DNA of 64,000 nucleotides from Roseibacillus sp. (GCA_051251855.1 JBPOGI010000006.1:290902-354901), one strand, 5' to 3'; shown: positions 28,894-39,809, counted from the stretch's first letter. Notes: generated from the sequence alone by a model not told the origin. Made by a program: numbers and translations.

Positions 28894-31800
28894 TTAAGGC
28901 TCCTCAATTTGGGCTCGGATGAACTGCTTGGGCTTGTTCTCCACCGGTTCTGCGGCTCTGAGGAGAAGGTAGGTAGGCTCGTCTTCGATCACGATGCAGG
29001 CTGGCTCACCGTCGGACCAGAGAGAGAGGTTTTCGGAGACACTACCGATGATTTCGATGGTTCGGCGGGCATCGCGGGGAACTTTGTATTCTAGGTAGGA
29101 GTTTGCTCCTTCAACGGTGATCTTTCCTTCGCTGTGAGCAACAGAGGAGGTGAGACGAGGGTTTGTTCCGAAGACGTATTCCCACAAATTCGACTGGCCA
29201 TCATTGTCGGCATCGGTGCTCCATTGGCTGAAGGGGGTTGTCAGATTGGGATCGATATCGCCGAAGGTGCGGAAGCGCCAGAAGTTGGGTGCGAGCAAGT
29301 CTACCGGATTTGCGGCACCAGTTTTTCCGAGTGCATTGTAAGCGGAGACTTGCAGAAGAATGTCCTCCACCCCCGCGTCTACCGCGATGGTGCTCGTGGT
29401 GTCTCCAGAAGGCTTTTCATCGATGATTTGAAAGGGCGCTCCGTTGACAGATTTCTCGACGATATAGCCCAGTTCGTTGTTAGAGGCGTCGGTCCAGTCG
29501 AGTTTGACTTGGTTCACTCCCAGGAATTGCAGCTGAATCGCACCCGGGGTGGTTGGCACGTTGACTGGTGCTGGTGAGAATTCGGTGGAGGCATCGTTGA
29601 AGTGTCGGAAAGGGCGTGCTGGGATAGACCCGATGTAGTCGGCGAGCCGTCTTTTGAGATCGTAGGCCTTGGTTGGGTCCGTGCCGTAGATGTTTTGCTG
29701 CTCGCTCGAATCGGCAACGAGGTCGTAGAGCTGGTCGTCATCGAAGTAGCCGGGATGCGTGCCTTGAGCTAGGGAGCCGAGACTGCTGTTGTTCACGTAG
29801 TAGGGGCGTGGTTCGGTGAAGTTTCCGGTTTGGTGATTTTTCCAGAGATATCCACTATCGATTTGGTTGTAGACGCTGGCGGGATAGCGGACCGCGATAT
29901 ATTTCGAGTCCTTGGTGCGAACGCCGCGCGCATAGCCGATTTCGCAAAAGAGGTCGTCGCGAAGCGAGGTGCTGCTTCCGTTGAGGACGGGAACGAGGCT
30001 GATTCCATCCACGGGTCCAGTTGGCAGATTTGAGGCTCCCGCGAGTTCTAACAGTGTGGGCACGAAGTCGATGTGGGAAGTCAGTTCATCGTAGGTCCGA
30101 CCGGCAGAGCTAATGCCGGAGGGCCAGTTCATGACGAGTGGCACGCGCATCCCGAGGTCATAGAGCGAGGATTTCCCCCAAACGACAGGCGTGCCGGGAA
30201 GGGTTCGTTCGCCGTGATCGGCGGTAAAGATGATCAAGGTATTGTTGCGGACTCCGTGCTCAGTCAGTTTGTCTACGATGGCTGCCATCGAATAATCGAT
30301 CCACGTCTCTCGAGCAGAAATCAGGGCCTTGCTGGCATTGTTGACCTCGTCGACGATCGACTGTCGTGCTGGCATGAAGCTGTAATCCATATTTGGAAAA
30401 TAGCCCGCGCTGGTGTAACGAGAATCGGCCAAAAGGGACTTGCTCAGGTCGTTGCGCACTGGTCCGTGGTTGATGGTTGGCGCCATGTAGAGGAAGAAGC
30501 TCTGGTTGTGGTTTTCGTCGATAAAGTCCAAGGCGTTCTTTGTGATCCACTCCTGATTGTGAACGTTCAAAGAGTCGTTGCGGAGCTCTGCGAGATTGGC
30601 TCGATAGTAACCGTCGACAAAGTCGAAGCCATGGCGTCGCATCATCTGGCAAAGAACGCGGTGGTTATGTTTCATGGCCGCGTTCACTGCTGGGTCCGCG
30701 GCCGGATTGGCGTTCTGGGGATATTGAAGCAATCCTGCTGATGGCCAGTTGGCGGTTTTGACCAAATCATCATCGGTCAAATGGCCTTTCCCGACGAATC
30801 CGGTGCGGTAGCCCGCTTGTTGTAGCCAAGCGCCGAGGTTTTGTCCGTCTTCCTCGAACTCGGTGTCCGAGACCCCGAATCGTCCTACCGTATTCAAGGG
30901 GTATTTGGAGAGGTAGTGCGCGCTCGTGTTTCGCGAAGCCCACCGTCCCGTCATCAGGGAGTAGCGCGAAGGCCCGCAGACGGTGGAGGCTGCGAATGCT
31001 TCAGTAAACTGGATGCCGTTGGCTGCCAGCGAATCGAGGGTGGGAGTGAGACAATCGCGGCCTTCGAAATTGAAGTGCTGCCCTCCGACCATGTCGTCGA
31101 CATTAACGATAATGATGTTGGGTCCCGAGGCTGGGGTTTGGGCGACGACTTTGTAGTAGAGCGTGGTCGCCGTTGATACCAGTCGGAGTGTTCGGTTGGC
31201 GGGAAGGGCGAAGTTGCGGGTCCGCACTCCCGATGTGCTTCCGGAAAAGGCCCCGTAGTTAGCCAAGACAAAGTGGTCTCCGAGAGTATAGGGACCGGGG
31301 AATTGGCTGCCGTCGAGAATCCACTGCGATCCGAGATCGAGGGTGAGGGTGGCGGCTCCGAGGTTGAGGGGGCTTGTGCCACTTGAGTCAGGCAGGGTTT
31401 GCACGGTTCCCGCTGAGCCGACGGCGAAAACGTCTGAAGAGGCGGCTCCGCTACTTGTGAATGATGCGGAGGAGCCATCCATCACAAGGGTCGCGGTGGA
31501 CTCCAGAACTCGACCCAGTTCCATGGACTGAGGGGACAAGCTGGCGGCGCCACTTAGGGTCAGGGAGCCTTCTAACAATTGAAGGGCGGTTGGACTGGCA
31601 GCTGCGGCCGTGTTGAGAATGACGTCGTATCCATCGATGACTGCGTCGGATGGAGCCGCAGGAAGACCGGCAGGATTCCAGTTGGCTGCGGTGGTCCAGA
31701 GTTGATCGCCCGAATCGTTGTCGAATCCGAGAGGACCAGTGGCCGAGGAAACGAGATCGAAAGTCAATCCAGTGAGGACGTATCCCTGACTATCGGCATC

Positions 31801-32370
31801 CGAAGCGGAAGAGATCGTGAAGTCGCTGGAGATTGCTTGAGCCGAAACGTCCACGGTGCCGCTCGCGGTCGAGAGTGAATAGGAAATACCGTTTGCATCC
31901 AGCTGTGTCCCTGCAGAGGTGGTGGCATTGCCATAGCTGACGGAACGTAGGTCGAAGGTTGATCCCGAAACCGCTACCATGGCCGTGATGACTTCATCGG
32001 CTTTGTCGACCAACTGTGGGTTTTGGCCCTGAACCGCTAATCCGGCACCGGTATTGTTGATGCGTAGGGTTCCGTTGTTAGGGGATCTGGAAAGGGTGAT
32101 GGAAAAGCTCTGGCCCCAAATTGCGGGGTCAGTTGCGGTCCCGACAGCTCCGTCGAATTCGTCGATATAGACGGTTGGTCCCGCTTGAACACATGAGGCG
32201 TCGAGAACCACATTCCCAAGCGCATCCACAGTAAAGTCGAGAGTGATGTTTCCTGAGTTCTGGTTCGCCCCAGCAGGCCCAGTGTAGGAGTGCGCGAAAT
32301 TCACCGCAATCAAGGCCTCTGCGCACAAGGCGGAGAGGACCCATGCGGTGATCATCGGAAGGAGTTTCAT
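28894..32370 (-). CDS. Multidomain secreted sulfatase (N-terminal beta domains, S1 sulfatase, FN3-like domain, C-terminal sorting-like domain)
   Basis: Signal peptide from ATG 32370; PNIIIVNVDD, CGPSRYSLMTG, DHG, GKSSLYD; LDWTDASNNELGY FN3; tail DADNDGQSNLWEYVFGTNP...KQFIRAQI. Confidence 0.9.
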   Translation of the reverse strand: MKLLPMITAWVLSALCAEALIAVNFAHSYTGPAGANQNSGNITLDFTVDALGNVVLDASCVQAGPTVYIDEFDGAVGTATDPAIWGQSFSITLSRSPNNGTLRINNTGAGLAVQGQNPQLVDKADEVITAMVAVSGSTFDLRSVSYGNATTSAGTQLDANGISYSLSTASGTVDVSAQAISSDFTISSASDADSQGYVLTGLTFDLVSSATGPLGFDNDSGDQLWTTAANWNPAGLPAAPSDAVIDGYDVILNTAAAASPTALQLLEGSLTLSGAASLSPQSMELGRVLESTATLVMDGSSASFTSSGAASSDVFAVGSAGTVQTLPDSSGTSPLNLGAATLTLDLGSQWILDGSQFPGPYTLGDHFVLANYGAFSGSTSGVRTRNFALPANRTLRLVSTATTLYYKVVAQTPASGPNIIIVNVDDMVGGQHFNFEGRDCLTPTLDSLAANGIQFTEAFAASTVCGPSRYSLMTGRWASRNTSAHYLSKYPLNTVGRFGVSDTEFEEDGQNLGAWLQQAGYRTGFVGKGHLTDDDLVKTANWPSAGLLQYPQNANPAADPAVNAAMKHNHRVLCQMMRRHGFDFVDGYYRANLAELRNDSLNVHNQEWITKNALDFIDENHNQSFFLYMAPTINHGPVRNDLSKSLLADSRYTSAGYFPNMDYSFMPARQSIVDEVNNASKALISARETWIDYSMAAIVDKLTEHGVRNNTLIIFTADHGERTLPGTPVVWGKSSLYDLGMRVPLVMNWPSGISSAGRTYDELTSHIDFVPTLLELAGASNLPTGPVDGISLVPVLNGSSTSLRDDLFCEIGYARGVRTKDSKYIAVRYPASVYNQIDSGYLWKNHQTGNFTEPRPYYVNNSSLGSLAQGTHPGYFDDDQLYDLVADSSEQQNIYGTDPTKAYDLKRRLADYIGSIPARPFRHFNDASTEFSPAPVNVPTTPGAIQLQFLGVNQVKLDWTDASNNELGYIVEKSVNGAPFQIIDEKPSGDTTSTIAVDAGVEDILLQVSAYNALGKTGAANPVDLLAPNFWRFRTFGDIDPNLTTPFSQWSTDADNDGQSNLWEYVFGTNPRLTSSVAHSEGKITVEGANSYLEYKVPRDARRTIEIIGSVSENLSLWSDGEPACIVIEDEPTYLLLRAAEPVENKPKQFIRAQIEEP

Positions 32371-32476
32371 CGTTTGTTGGGGAGAAATTGTATGGAGAAT
32401 TGGCACGAGACAGCAAGGCACCGAGCTAAGGAGCCTTTGAATACAAAAAATACTGCCTCGTAAACCAAGCAGCGGA

Positions 32477-32496
32477 TAGTCCACATTGTGACGACA
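32477..32496 (-). promoter_or_regulatory. Island regulon motif copy 1 (TGTCGTCACAATGTGGACTA)
   Basis: Matches four other copies; oriented toward the sulfatase start at 32370. Confidence 0.7.
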
Positions 32497-32539
32497 AGTG
32501 TTGAAATTACTTACTTTTTCAAACCCTCTAAAAAGTGGC

Positions 32540-32559
32540 TGTCCTCAGTTTAAGGACTA
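32540..32559 (+). promoter_or_regulatory. Island regulon motif copy 2 (TGTCCTCAGTTTAAGGACTA)
   Basis: Oriented toward the GH71/99-like start at 32608. Confidence 0.65.
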
Positions 32560-32607
32560 GCCCAGAAGGGGAAAGAGGCCAAGGTTTGAGCTCGCTCACG
32601 TGAAACA

Positions 32608-33924
32608 ATGAAATTCATAGTCCAAGCAGCTCTTATCACTGGCTTTCTTTTGGCTGTTCCGCTGCGCGCGGAGGAGGATGCCAACCTGTTGCTTCCCTAC
32701 ACGGGACCGAGCAAGAAGGGAGTCGATACGACGACTCTAACGGGCAAGGTCATGACAGGGTATCAGGGTTGGTTCAATTGTCCAGATGATGGCAGTGGGC
32801 TGGGCTGGATTCATTGGTCGCAAACACCTTCGAAGCCATTTGCGCCAGGAAATGTTACGGTGGATTTGTGGCCGGATATGTCCGAGGCAACGCCTTCCGA
32901 GCACTACCCGACGGGCTTCAAGTTCAAGAGCGGTGAAGCGGCAACGGTCTTCAGTTCATACCACAAGACCACGGTGATGAGGCACTTCCAGTGGATGCGT
33001 GAATACGGGATCGACGGCGCCTTCGTGCAAAGATTCGCAAACGGCCTTCGAGGGGGCGCGCATTTCAATCACAAGAACAAGGTCCTTTCGAGTTGCAGGG
33101 AAGGGGCCAATCGGGAAGGGCGATCCTATGCCGTGATGTATGACCTGAGCGGACTCAATGCAGGACAGACGACCGTTGTCTCCGACGATTGGAAGATGCT
33201 CCGAAGTCGCATGAAAATGGGCTCTGACTCGGCTTACCTTCACCATGAGGGGAAGCCTTTGGTCGCTATCTGGGGAATCGGATTCAATGATGGGCGTCAC
33301 TATAGCCTTCAAGAATGCCGGGCCCTCGTTGAGTTCTTTAAGGCCGATGGATGTGCTGTCATGTTGGGCGTTCCTACAGGGTGGAGAAAGCAATATCGAG
33401 ATGCCACCTCTGATGCTTCGCTTCACGAACTCCTCGCGCTTGCCGATGTGATCAGTCCATGGACTCCGGGCCGCTATAGGACTCCCAAGGAGGCGAAATC
33501 TCATGCTGAAACTTTCTACGAGACTGACATCGCTTGGTGCGAGGAACGGTCGCTGGATTTTCTTCCGGTGGTCTTTCCCGGTTTCAGTTGGCACAACATG
33601 AAGCCAGAAGATCAACTCGCTGTCACTCCAAGGCTCAAAGGGAGATTTCTGTGGTCTCAGTTCGTGGCCGCCAAACAAGCCGGAGCCAGCATGATCTACG
33701 TTGCGATGTTCGACGAGGTCGACGAAGGAACGGCCATCTTTAAGTGCACCAACCATCCTCCTGTTGGCCCCAATCCGTTCCTGACTTATGAGGGGCTTCC
33801 CAGTGATCACTATCTTTGGCTCACGGGGGAGGGAGGACGGTTGCTTCGAGAGGAGCGAGAGCTAGGCAGTGCTCTTCCCGACCGCTCACCTTCCAATGAA
33901 AGTGATTCAAGTGATTCTCCCTGA
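32608..33924 (+). CDS. GH71/GH99-like glycoside hydrolase (often labelled xylosidase/arabinosidase)
   Basis: GYQGWF, HFQWMREYGIDGAFVQRF, VMYDLSG, FPGFSWHN, YVAMFDEVDEGT; signal peptide. Confidence 0.85.
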   Translation: MKFIVQAALITGFLLAVPLRAEEDANLLLPYTGPSKKGVDTTTLTGKVMTGYQGWFNCPDDGSGLGWIHWSQTPSKPFAPGNVTVDLWPDMSEATPSEHYPTGFKFKSGEAATVFSSYHKTTVMRHFQWMREYGIDGAFVQRFANGLRGGAHFNHKNKVLSSCREGANREGRSYAVMYDLSGLNAGQTTVVSDDWKMLRSRMKMGSDSAYLHHEGKPLVAIWGIGFNDGRHYSLQECRALVEFFKADGCAVMLGVPTGWRKQYRDATSDASLHELLALADVISPWTPGRYRTPKEAKSHAETFYETDIAWCEERSLDFLPVVFPGFSWHNMKPEDQLAVTPRLKGRFLWSQFVAAKQAGASMIYVAMFDEVDEGTAIFKCTNHPPVGPNPFLTYEGLPSDHYLWLTGEGGRLLREERELGSALPDRSPSNESDSSDSP

Positions 33925-33977
33925 GCGATTCAGAGAGCTTGAATCGTGATGAGTAACTGTTAGCCTAGCCGATCTCT

Positions 33978-35576
33978 TTGAAGCCCCTTTTCACGATTTT
34001 TATCCTTTCGATTTTTGTCTGTCTGACAGGAATCGTGTTTGGCAAAGAAACCTCTATCGAGGTTTTTGTGGATAGGGAGGAAGAAGGATATCTCGGCCCC
34101 GTGTTGAGGGTTCCCCCTGGAACCGACACTCTTCAATTTTCCGTAAAACCGAGTTCTTTACTCGTCCGCTATAAGCTGGAGGGCTTAGACAAGGAGTGGA
34201 AATCACGGCTTGATACGGGATTTGTGAGGGTGATGTTCTTCAATAGCCAAGGAGACCCGATCAAGGTGGAATCGTTTCCGGCTATCGGCCGCAGCACGGG
34301 TTGGAAGGGAACGGTAGAGAACTCGGAGTTCACTCCTCGGGTTGAGCAGGTGACTATACCTAAGGATACTGATTCTGTCGCAGTGGTGATGACAACCGGA
34401 GGACCGGCCGCGCTCGTTGGTGTGTTTGCGATCAAAGATTTATCGATATCGTCGCTTGGGGCATCGGGAGAATCGCCCACGGTGCTCTTTTCAGACCGTG
34501 AAAGTCCGCGGGGCCGAAAAATGAATTGGAACAAGTCGGGCACTCATCCTTCCATGGCTTACCGAGTTTCGACCGATAAGCAGGATTCTTCGACTGTGAT
34601 TGCGATCGCGGATAATGATCTCACCGCCCATGCCGACTGGAGCTCCCGAGTGCGCGCTCTTTCTGGCGTGAGCGCTGGCGAGACTTTGGAAATTCGCTGG
34701 AACGAAGTCTATAGCATCGGATTGGGTGGAAATTTGACCGTCGATTATGAGCGCCTTCCACCGGGGAAATACAAGTTCATCGTGGAAGAGCTCTCCTTGA
34801 CTGGAGAGCCTCTCAATTCTAGCGCTGCAGTCTCGCTGACAGTTCCCAGAGTCTTTTGGAAGGGGGCTTGGTTCTGGGCTGTTGTCAGCCTGTTGCTAGT
34901 GCTGTTATCGATCGTGCTGGGCCGGTTTTTGATTCGCCGGCGAATTCGTCTCCACTTGCAGCAGAAGCAACTCATCTCCGAGGAGCGGCGACGGATTGCG
35001 CTCGATTTGCACGATGACCTCGGCACCCGTATTTCCCACATATCGCTTTTGGCATCTCATGCCAACAACACCATCAAAAACCCAGAGGTCAGTCACACAT
35101 TCGACAAAATTTCCACCATGTCCCGAGACTTGATTGGAGCCTTGTCGGAAACGGTTTGGATGTTGAACTCGCGAAACGATGACCTCGAGTCCCTAGTTGA
35201 TTTCCTTTACCGACTCGTCAATGAACTCTGTCGCTTGAAGAAGATTCGTTGCCGAGTAGACGCGGTCTACCTGACTGAAAATCAGCCTATCAGTTACGAA
35301 TTCAGGCACAATGTGAGCCTCGCGGTCAAAGAGAGCCTGAACAATGTGCTCAAGCATTCAGAGGCAACAGAACTCAAAATGAAGGTCACGCTGGAACAAA
35401 ATATTTTTGCCGTCACCATCGAGGACAACGGTATTGGTCTTCAAGAAGACCCTAAGAGCACCGGAGTAGGGCTTGCCAACCTCGAACGCCGAATGAAATC
35501 CATTGGCGGAAGCTGTCGACTAGAGCACCTTGAAGAGGGTGGGTTGAAAATATTTTTCAGAGCCCCCGTCGCCTAA
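33978..35576 (+). CDS. Sensor histidine kinase (HisKA_3 type) with split Y_Y_Y periplasmic domain
   Basis: ERRRIALDLHDDLG H-box, KESLNNVLKHS N-box, EDNGIG, GVGLANL; one TM after the periplasmic region. Confidence 0.92.
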   Translation: MKPLFTIFILSIFVCLTGIVFGKETSIEVFVDREEEGYLGPVLRVPPGTDTLQFSVKPSSLLVRYKLEGLDKEWKSRLDTGFVRVMFFNSQGDPIKVESFPAIGRSTGWKGTVENSEFTPRVEQVTIPKDTDSVAVVMTTGGPAALVGVFAIKDLSISSLGASGESPTVLFSDRESPRGRKMNWNKSGTHPSMAYRVSTDKQDSSTVIAIADNDLTAHADWSSRVRALSGVSAGETLEIRWNEVYSIGLGGNLTVDYERLPPGKYKFIVEELSLTGEPLNSSAAVSLTVPRVFWKGAWFWAVVSLLLVLLSIVLGRFLIRRRIRLHLQQKQLISEERRRIALDLHDDLGTRISHISLLASHANNTIKNPEVSHTFDKISTMSRDLIGALSETVWMLNSRNDDLESLVDFLYRLVNELCRLKKIRCRVDAVYLTENQPISYEFRHNVSLAVKESLNNVLKHSEATELKMKVTLEQNIFAVTIEDNGIGLQEDPKSTGVGLANLERRMKSIGGSCRLEHLEEGGLKIFFRAPVA

Positions 35577-35591
35577 CAGAATCCAAAGCCA

Positions 35592-36224
35592 ATGAACCCG
35601 AAAAAAAAGAGCGTAGTGATCGTAGAGGACGATCTCGAACTTCAGCAACATCTGATCGAGGTTCTCAAGGCTGCGGATGATATCACCTTCCTCGAGGCCG
35701 TCTCCTCAGGTGAAGAAGCGGAAAAGAAGATCCCTTCGCTCTATCCGGATGTCATCCTGATGGACATCAATCTCCCTGGAAAGTCGGGTATCGATTGCAT
35801 CCGTGAATTGAAGAAACGTCTGCCCAAGGTGGAAGTGGTGATGCTTACGGCTTACGAAGAGGAGGACAATATCTTCCGAGCCCTTAAGGAAGGAGCGAGT
35901 GGTTACATTCTGAAATCGAGTAATACGAAAGATATTCTCGAGGCAATCCGAGACGTTTTCGCTGGTGAATCACCTTTCTCCGGCCCCATCGCGAGAAAGA
36001 TGGCGATGTATTTCCGCGAGGAACGAGAGACCGAAGACGAAAGGGAGACCCTCGCGCCGAGGGAGATGGAAGTCCTCAGATTATTGGCTTCCGGATATAT
36101 TTACAAAGAAGTGGCCGACGAAATGGGTATCACCTTGCCCACGGTCCGAACCTACGTGAAGCGAATTTGCTTCAAGCTTCATGTGCGCAGCAAGGTGGAG
36201 GCGATCATCAAGTACTTGTCCTAG
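35592..36224 (+). CDS. NarL/LuxR family response regulator
   Basis: IVEDD, LMDINLP, GYILK receiver motifs; LAPREMEVLRLLASG...KLHV HTH. Confidence 0.95.
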   Translation: MNPKKKSVVIVEDDLELQQHLIEVLKAADDITFLEAVSSGEEAEKKIPSLYPDVILMDINLPGKSGIDCIRELKKRLPKVEVVMLTAYEEEDNIFRALKEGASGYILKSSNTKDILEAIRDVFAGESPFSGPIARKMAMYFREERETEDERETLAPREMEVLRLLASGYIYKEVADEMGITLPTVRTYVKRICFKLHVRSKVEAIIKYLS

Positions 36225-36414
36225 CCCGAATTTCTCACGGGACATGAGCAATTCGCCCGGAGGGCCGACTTTGTCGGGGCTAGTGGTCTGTCCAATTGGG
36301 GAGCGGAAGCAATCGAGCGCTTGTCGTCGCATTGAGGACTGTAGGGTTCTTCGGTATTCGTGAATAATCCATTGCTAGTCCCGATGGCGGCAAAATATCG
36401 ACTATTATCCTATC

Positions 36415-37773
36415 ATGCTCTCTCTCAGAATTTCGGCGCTCTTGTGGCTCATCATGGAATCAAGCCTTGGGGCGTCGCCGAAGCCGAATTTCTTGATCAT
36501 CTACGCTGATGATTTGGGCTTTGGCGATGTCTCGACCTATCACGCTTCTGACGTCATGACGACGAATCTGGATCGGCTTGCGACCGAAGGTATGCTCTTC
36601 AACTCGATGCGGGCGAACTGCACCGTTTGCTCGCCATCGCGGGCCGCGTTACTCACTGGACGCTATGCTGACCGGGTGGGAGTTCCGGGTGTGATCCGAA
36701 CTTCCTTGGAGGATAGCTGGGGTTACTTCAAGCCAGATGTCCCCACCCTTGCTGACGAGCTTGGAAAGGCCGGCTATCAAACGGCCATGATCGGGAAGTG
36801 GCATCTCGGTCTCGAGTCGCCGAACACGCCCAATGAACGAGGCTTCGAGCACTTCCATGGCTTCCTAGGCGATATGATGGACAGCTACACCACCCACCTG
36901 CGCCACGGGGAAAATTATATGCGTCTCAACTCGGAGACGATCGAGCCGAAGGGCCATGCGACCGATCTCTTCACGGATTGGGCCTGCGATTATCTCAGTG
37001 AGCAAGCCACGGCGGAAGATCCGTTTTTCCTCTACCTTTCCTACAACGCGCCGCACTTTCCCATCGAGCCTCCTGCTGATTTTCTTAAAAAGACGAGAGA
37101 GCGGCTTCCCGAACTTGACGAGAAACGCGCCATGAACGTCGCCTTTGTAGAGCATCTCGATAGCGGTATTGGAAAGGTGTTAGAGGCGCTGAAGAAATCT
37201 GGATTAGAAGAAAATACGGTTGTGGTTTTTACGGCGGACAATGGGGGCTCACTTCGCTTTGCGCAAAATAACGAACCATGGCGGGGAGGGAAACAGGACC
37301 ACTACGATGGCGGCTTACGGGTGCCGTTCATGGTGCGCTGGCCTGGTCGGATTCAAGCTGGAACTCGGAGTGAATACCAAGGGTTGTGTTTCGACATCTT
37401 TCCCACCTTTCTCGAAATCGCCAGTAGCACGCCGTCGCCAGACCTTGATGCGGTGAGTCTGCTGCCCATCCTCGACGGTGGGGTAATCGAAACGCCTCGA
37501 GACCTCTACTTTGTGCGCCGTGAGGGAGGATTCCGTTATGGCGGGAAGAGCTATGAGGGGATTATCCGCGATGGCTGGAAGCTCATGCAGAACGATCCAT
37601 TCAGTCCGTTGGAACTCTACAACCTCAAGAATGATCCGTTCGAAAAAGAGAACCTTGTGGAAAGCCATCGTGCAGAAGCCTCCGAGCTCATGTCGCGACT
37701 TCGCAGGCACATTCAGATGGGTGGGGCTACTCCTTGGCGTAAAGCGTCACCAGAAGCAGACCCCAACAAATGA
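36415..37773 (+). CDS. Sulfatase (S1, arylsulfatase-like)
   Basis: PNFLIIYADDLG, CSPSRAALLTG, GKWHLG, NAPH, DNG, GGLRVP. Confidence 0.95.
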   Translation: MLSLRISALLWLIMESSLGASPKPNFLIIYADDLGFGDVSTYHASDVMTTNLDRLATEGMLFNSMRANCTVCSPSRAALLTGRYADRVGVPGVIRTSLEDSWGYFKPDVPTLADELGKAGYQTAMIGKWHLGLESPNTPNERGFEHFHGFLGDMMDSYTTHLRHGENYMRLNSETIEPKGHATDLFTDWACDYLSEQATAEDPFFLYLSYNAPHFPIEPPADFLKKTRERLPELDEKRAMNVAFVEHLDSGIGKVLEALKKSGLEENTVVVFTADNGGSLRFAQNNEPWRGGKQDHYDGGLRVPFMVRWPGRIQAGTRSEYQGLCFDIFPTFLEIASSTPSPDLDAVSLLPILDGGVIETPRDLYFVRREGGFRYGGKSYEGIIRDGWKLMQNDPFSPLELYNLKNDPFEKENLVESHRAEASELMSRLRRHIQMGGATPWRKASPEADPNK

Positions 37774-37813
37774 GAGTGGCAAGGCTCTTCGAGGAAACTC
37801 AAAGCAACCAACT

Positions 37814-39343
37814 ATGAAAAAGATTAGATTCTCTACAACGATAGGGGCCCTCTTTGTCTCACTTGCCAACGTTTTGCCGTCGGCGGAGAAGCCACCCAAT
37901 ATCGTGTTCTTCGCGCTGGACGATATGAACGATTGGGTGGGAGCTCTTGGCTACGACCAGGCGATCACTCCCAACATGGATCGTCTCGCCAAGTCTGGGG
38001 TCAACTTCACCAATGCCCACACTGCGGGGATTTTCTGCGCACCGTCTCGGACCGCGCTTTTCACCGGACGCCATGCTTCAACGACCGGTTGCTACACCAC
38101 TCAGGTTTACTTCCACAGTCTGCCTGAGTTGACTCCGCTTCAGCTTGTTCTTCAGCAGGGAGGTTATGCCACTCACGGGGGAGGAAAGCTCTTCCATCAC
38201 CCAGCGGGTTTTGTCGATCTGCGGGGATGGGATGAATTCTTTGTGCGTGATAGGTCGCAAAAGAGTCGAGGTTGGCCACTTGAAAGCTGGGATACGAACA
38301 TGAAAATTCTGCCTGAGCCGTATCCTAACAGTATCTTTAATCACGACCGTAAACCGGCTAACAAGTTCTTCCTCGAGTGGGGAGCGGTAAAGAACGAGAA
38401 CGAGGACAAAATGGCCGATACCATCCGCACCAAGTGGGCCTGCGACTTGTTGCGTGAAAAACATGATAAGCCTTTGTTCCTGTCTGTCGGTCTCTATACG
38501 CCTCACTTTCCCAACTACGCTCCTCAAAAATACTTCGACCTCTACGATGCTGAGAAAATTAAGGCACCAGCTTATAAGGAAGATGATCTCGAAGACCTTC
38601 CGCAAGCGATTAGGAAAGAAAAAACAAGGCGAGCGGCTCATCACAAGCGTCTCGTTTCGCTCGATGCGGTCGAAGATGCGATTCACGGTTATCTCGCTTG
38701 TATCTCTTATGCGGATGCCATGTTGGGACGTGTTCTCGATGCAATCGAATCTGGACCGAACGCCGACAACACTATCATCGTTCTGTGGAGTGACCATGGC
38801 TACCACCACGGCGAGAAATTCGACTGGGGTAAGCATACACTGTGGGAGCGGACTTCGAATGTGCCCTTCATGTTCGCTGGTCCGAGGATTGCAAGTGGAG
38901 AGAAAATCGACGCGACCGTCAGCCTCATCGACCTTTTCCCAACTGTGCTCGAACTCGCGGGTGTTGCCGACGCGCAGGAACGTGACGGCGTTTCCTTGGT
39001 GCCAGTGCTTCGGAATCCCGCCATCGCGAAGGACAGAGAGGTGCTCTTACCTGGAATGAAGCCGAACGAATACGCCATAATAAATCGCGACTGGCGTTAC
39101 ATCCATTATGCCGATGGCGGAAAGGAACTTTACCAAATTGGGGAAGATTCGAATGAGTGGCACAATCTGGCTTCGCGTCCGGAGCAGGCAACAGTTGTGA
39201 AACGACTGAGTGCCGCAGCCCCAAAGCGTTTCTCCCAGCCCTTACCGAGCCACAATGAGATTCGTCTTGTCATTGAAGATGAGGCCTTTCATTGGGAATC
39301 GAATGGGAAACCGAAAAAGAATACAAGGGGCGCATCAAACTGA
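37814..39343 (+). CDS. Sulfatase (S1, iduronate-2-sulfatase-like)
   Basis: Signal peptide from ATG 37814; PNIVFFALDDMND, CAPSRTALFTG, GKLFH, WSDHGYH, GKHTLWE. Confidence 0.93.
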   Translation: MKKIRFSTTIGALFVSLANVLPSAEKPPNIVFFALDDMNDWVGALGYDQAITPNMDRLAKSGVNFTNAHTAGIFCAPSRTALFTGRHASTTGCYTTQVYFHSLPELTPLQLVLQQGGYATHGGGKLFHHPAGFVDLRGWDEFFVRDRSQKSRGWPLESWDTNMKILPEPYPNSIFNHDRKPANKFFLEWGAVKNENEDKMADTIRTKWACDLLREKHDKPLFLSVGLYTPHFPNYAPQKYFDLYDAEKIKAPAYKEDDLEDLPQAIRKEKTRRAAHHKRLVSLDAVEDAIHGYLACISYADAMLGRVLDAIESGPNADNTIIVLWSDHGYHHGEKFDWGKHTLWERTSNVPFMFAGPRIASGEKIDATVSLIDLFPTVLELAGVADAQERDGVSLVPVLRNPAIAKDREVLLPGMKPNEYAIINRDWRYIHYADGGKELYQIGEDSNEWHNLASRPEQATVVKRLSAAAPKRFSQPLPSHNEIRLVIEDEAFHWESNGKPKKNTRGASN

Positions 39344-39400
39344 GGCGAAGAAATTTTGAAAGAGATGCTAGATAATCGTCATCGTGGTCCTAAGAGAGTC

Positions 39401-39676
39401 ATGCCTTACCCTGCAGCGGCCTTTGTTGCCATCTTGTTGCTTGCTGCTGGATCTTCCCTCACTGCAACTCCGAACATCTTGATCATTCTTGTTGATGACA
39501 TGGGCTATGGTGATGCGGGCTGTTACAATCCGGAATCCAAAATTTCGACGCCGAATATTGATCGGTTGGCTGCAGGGGGAATGCGTTTCACCGACGCTCA
39601 CGCTCCGGGACCGCTTTGTCATCCTTCGCGCTATGGGCTGATGACGGGACGCTATCGGAGCTCCCGCTGGAAATGA
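39401..39676 (+). pseudogene. Truncated sulfatase (N-terminal ~85 aa only)
   Basis: Signal peptide, PNILIILVDDMGYGD, TPNIDRLA, CHPSRYGLMTGRY, then unrelated sequence and a stop; no room for the remainder before the convergent gene. Confidence 0.88.
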
Positions 39677-39809
39677 TTGGGGCTCCGCTGCACAGCTGAG
39701 TAAAAAGAAGAAATGCTGAGAGCAGAGAAGTGTTCATGTCTAAGAACAGGCGGAACGCATGCTCGCCGATGGAATGGTGATTCAGGTCGCCCTCTGAGCG
39801 GGCGAGGGC

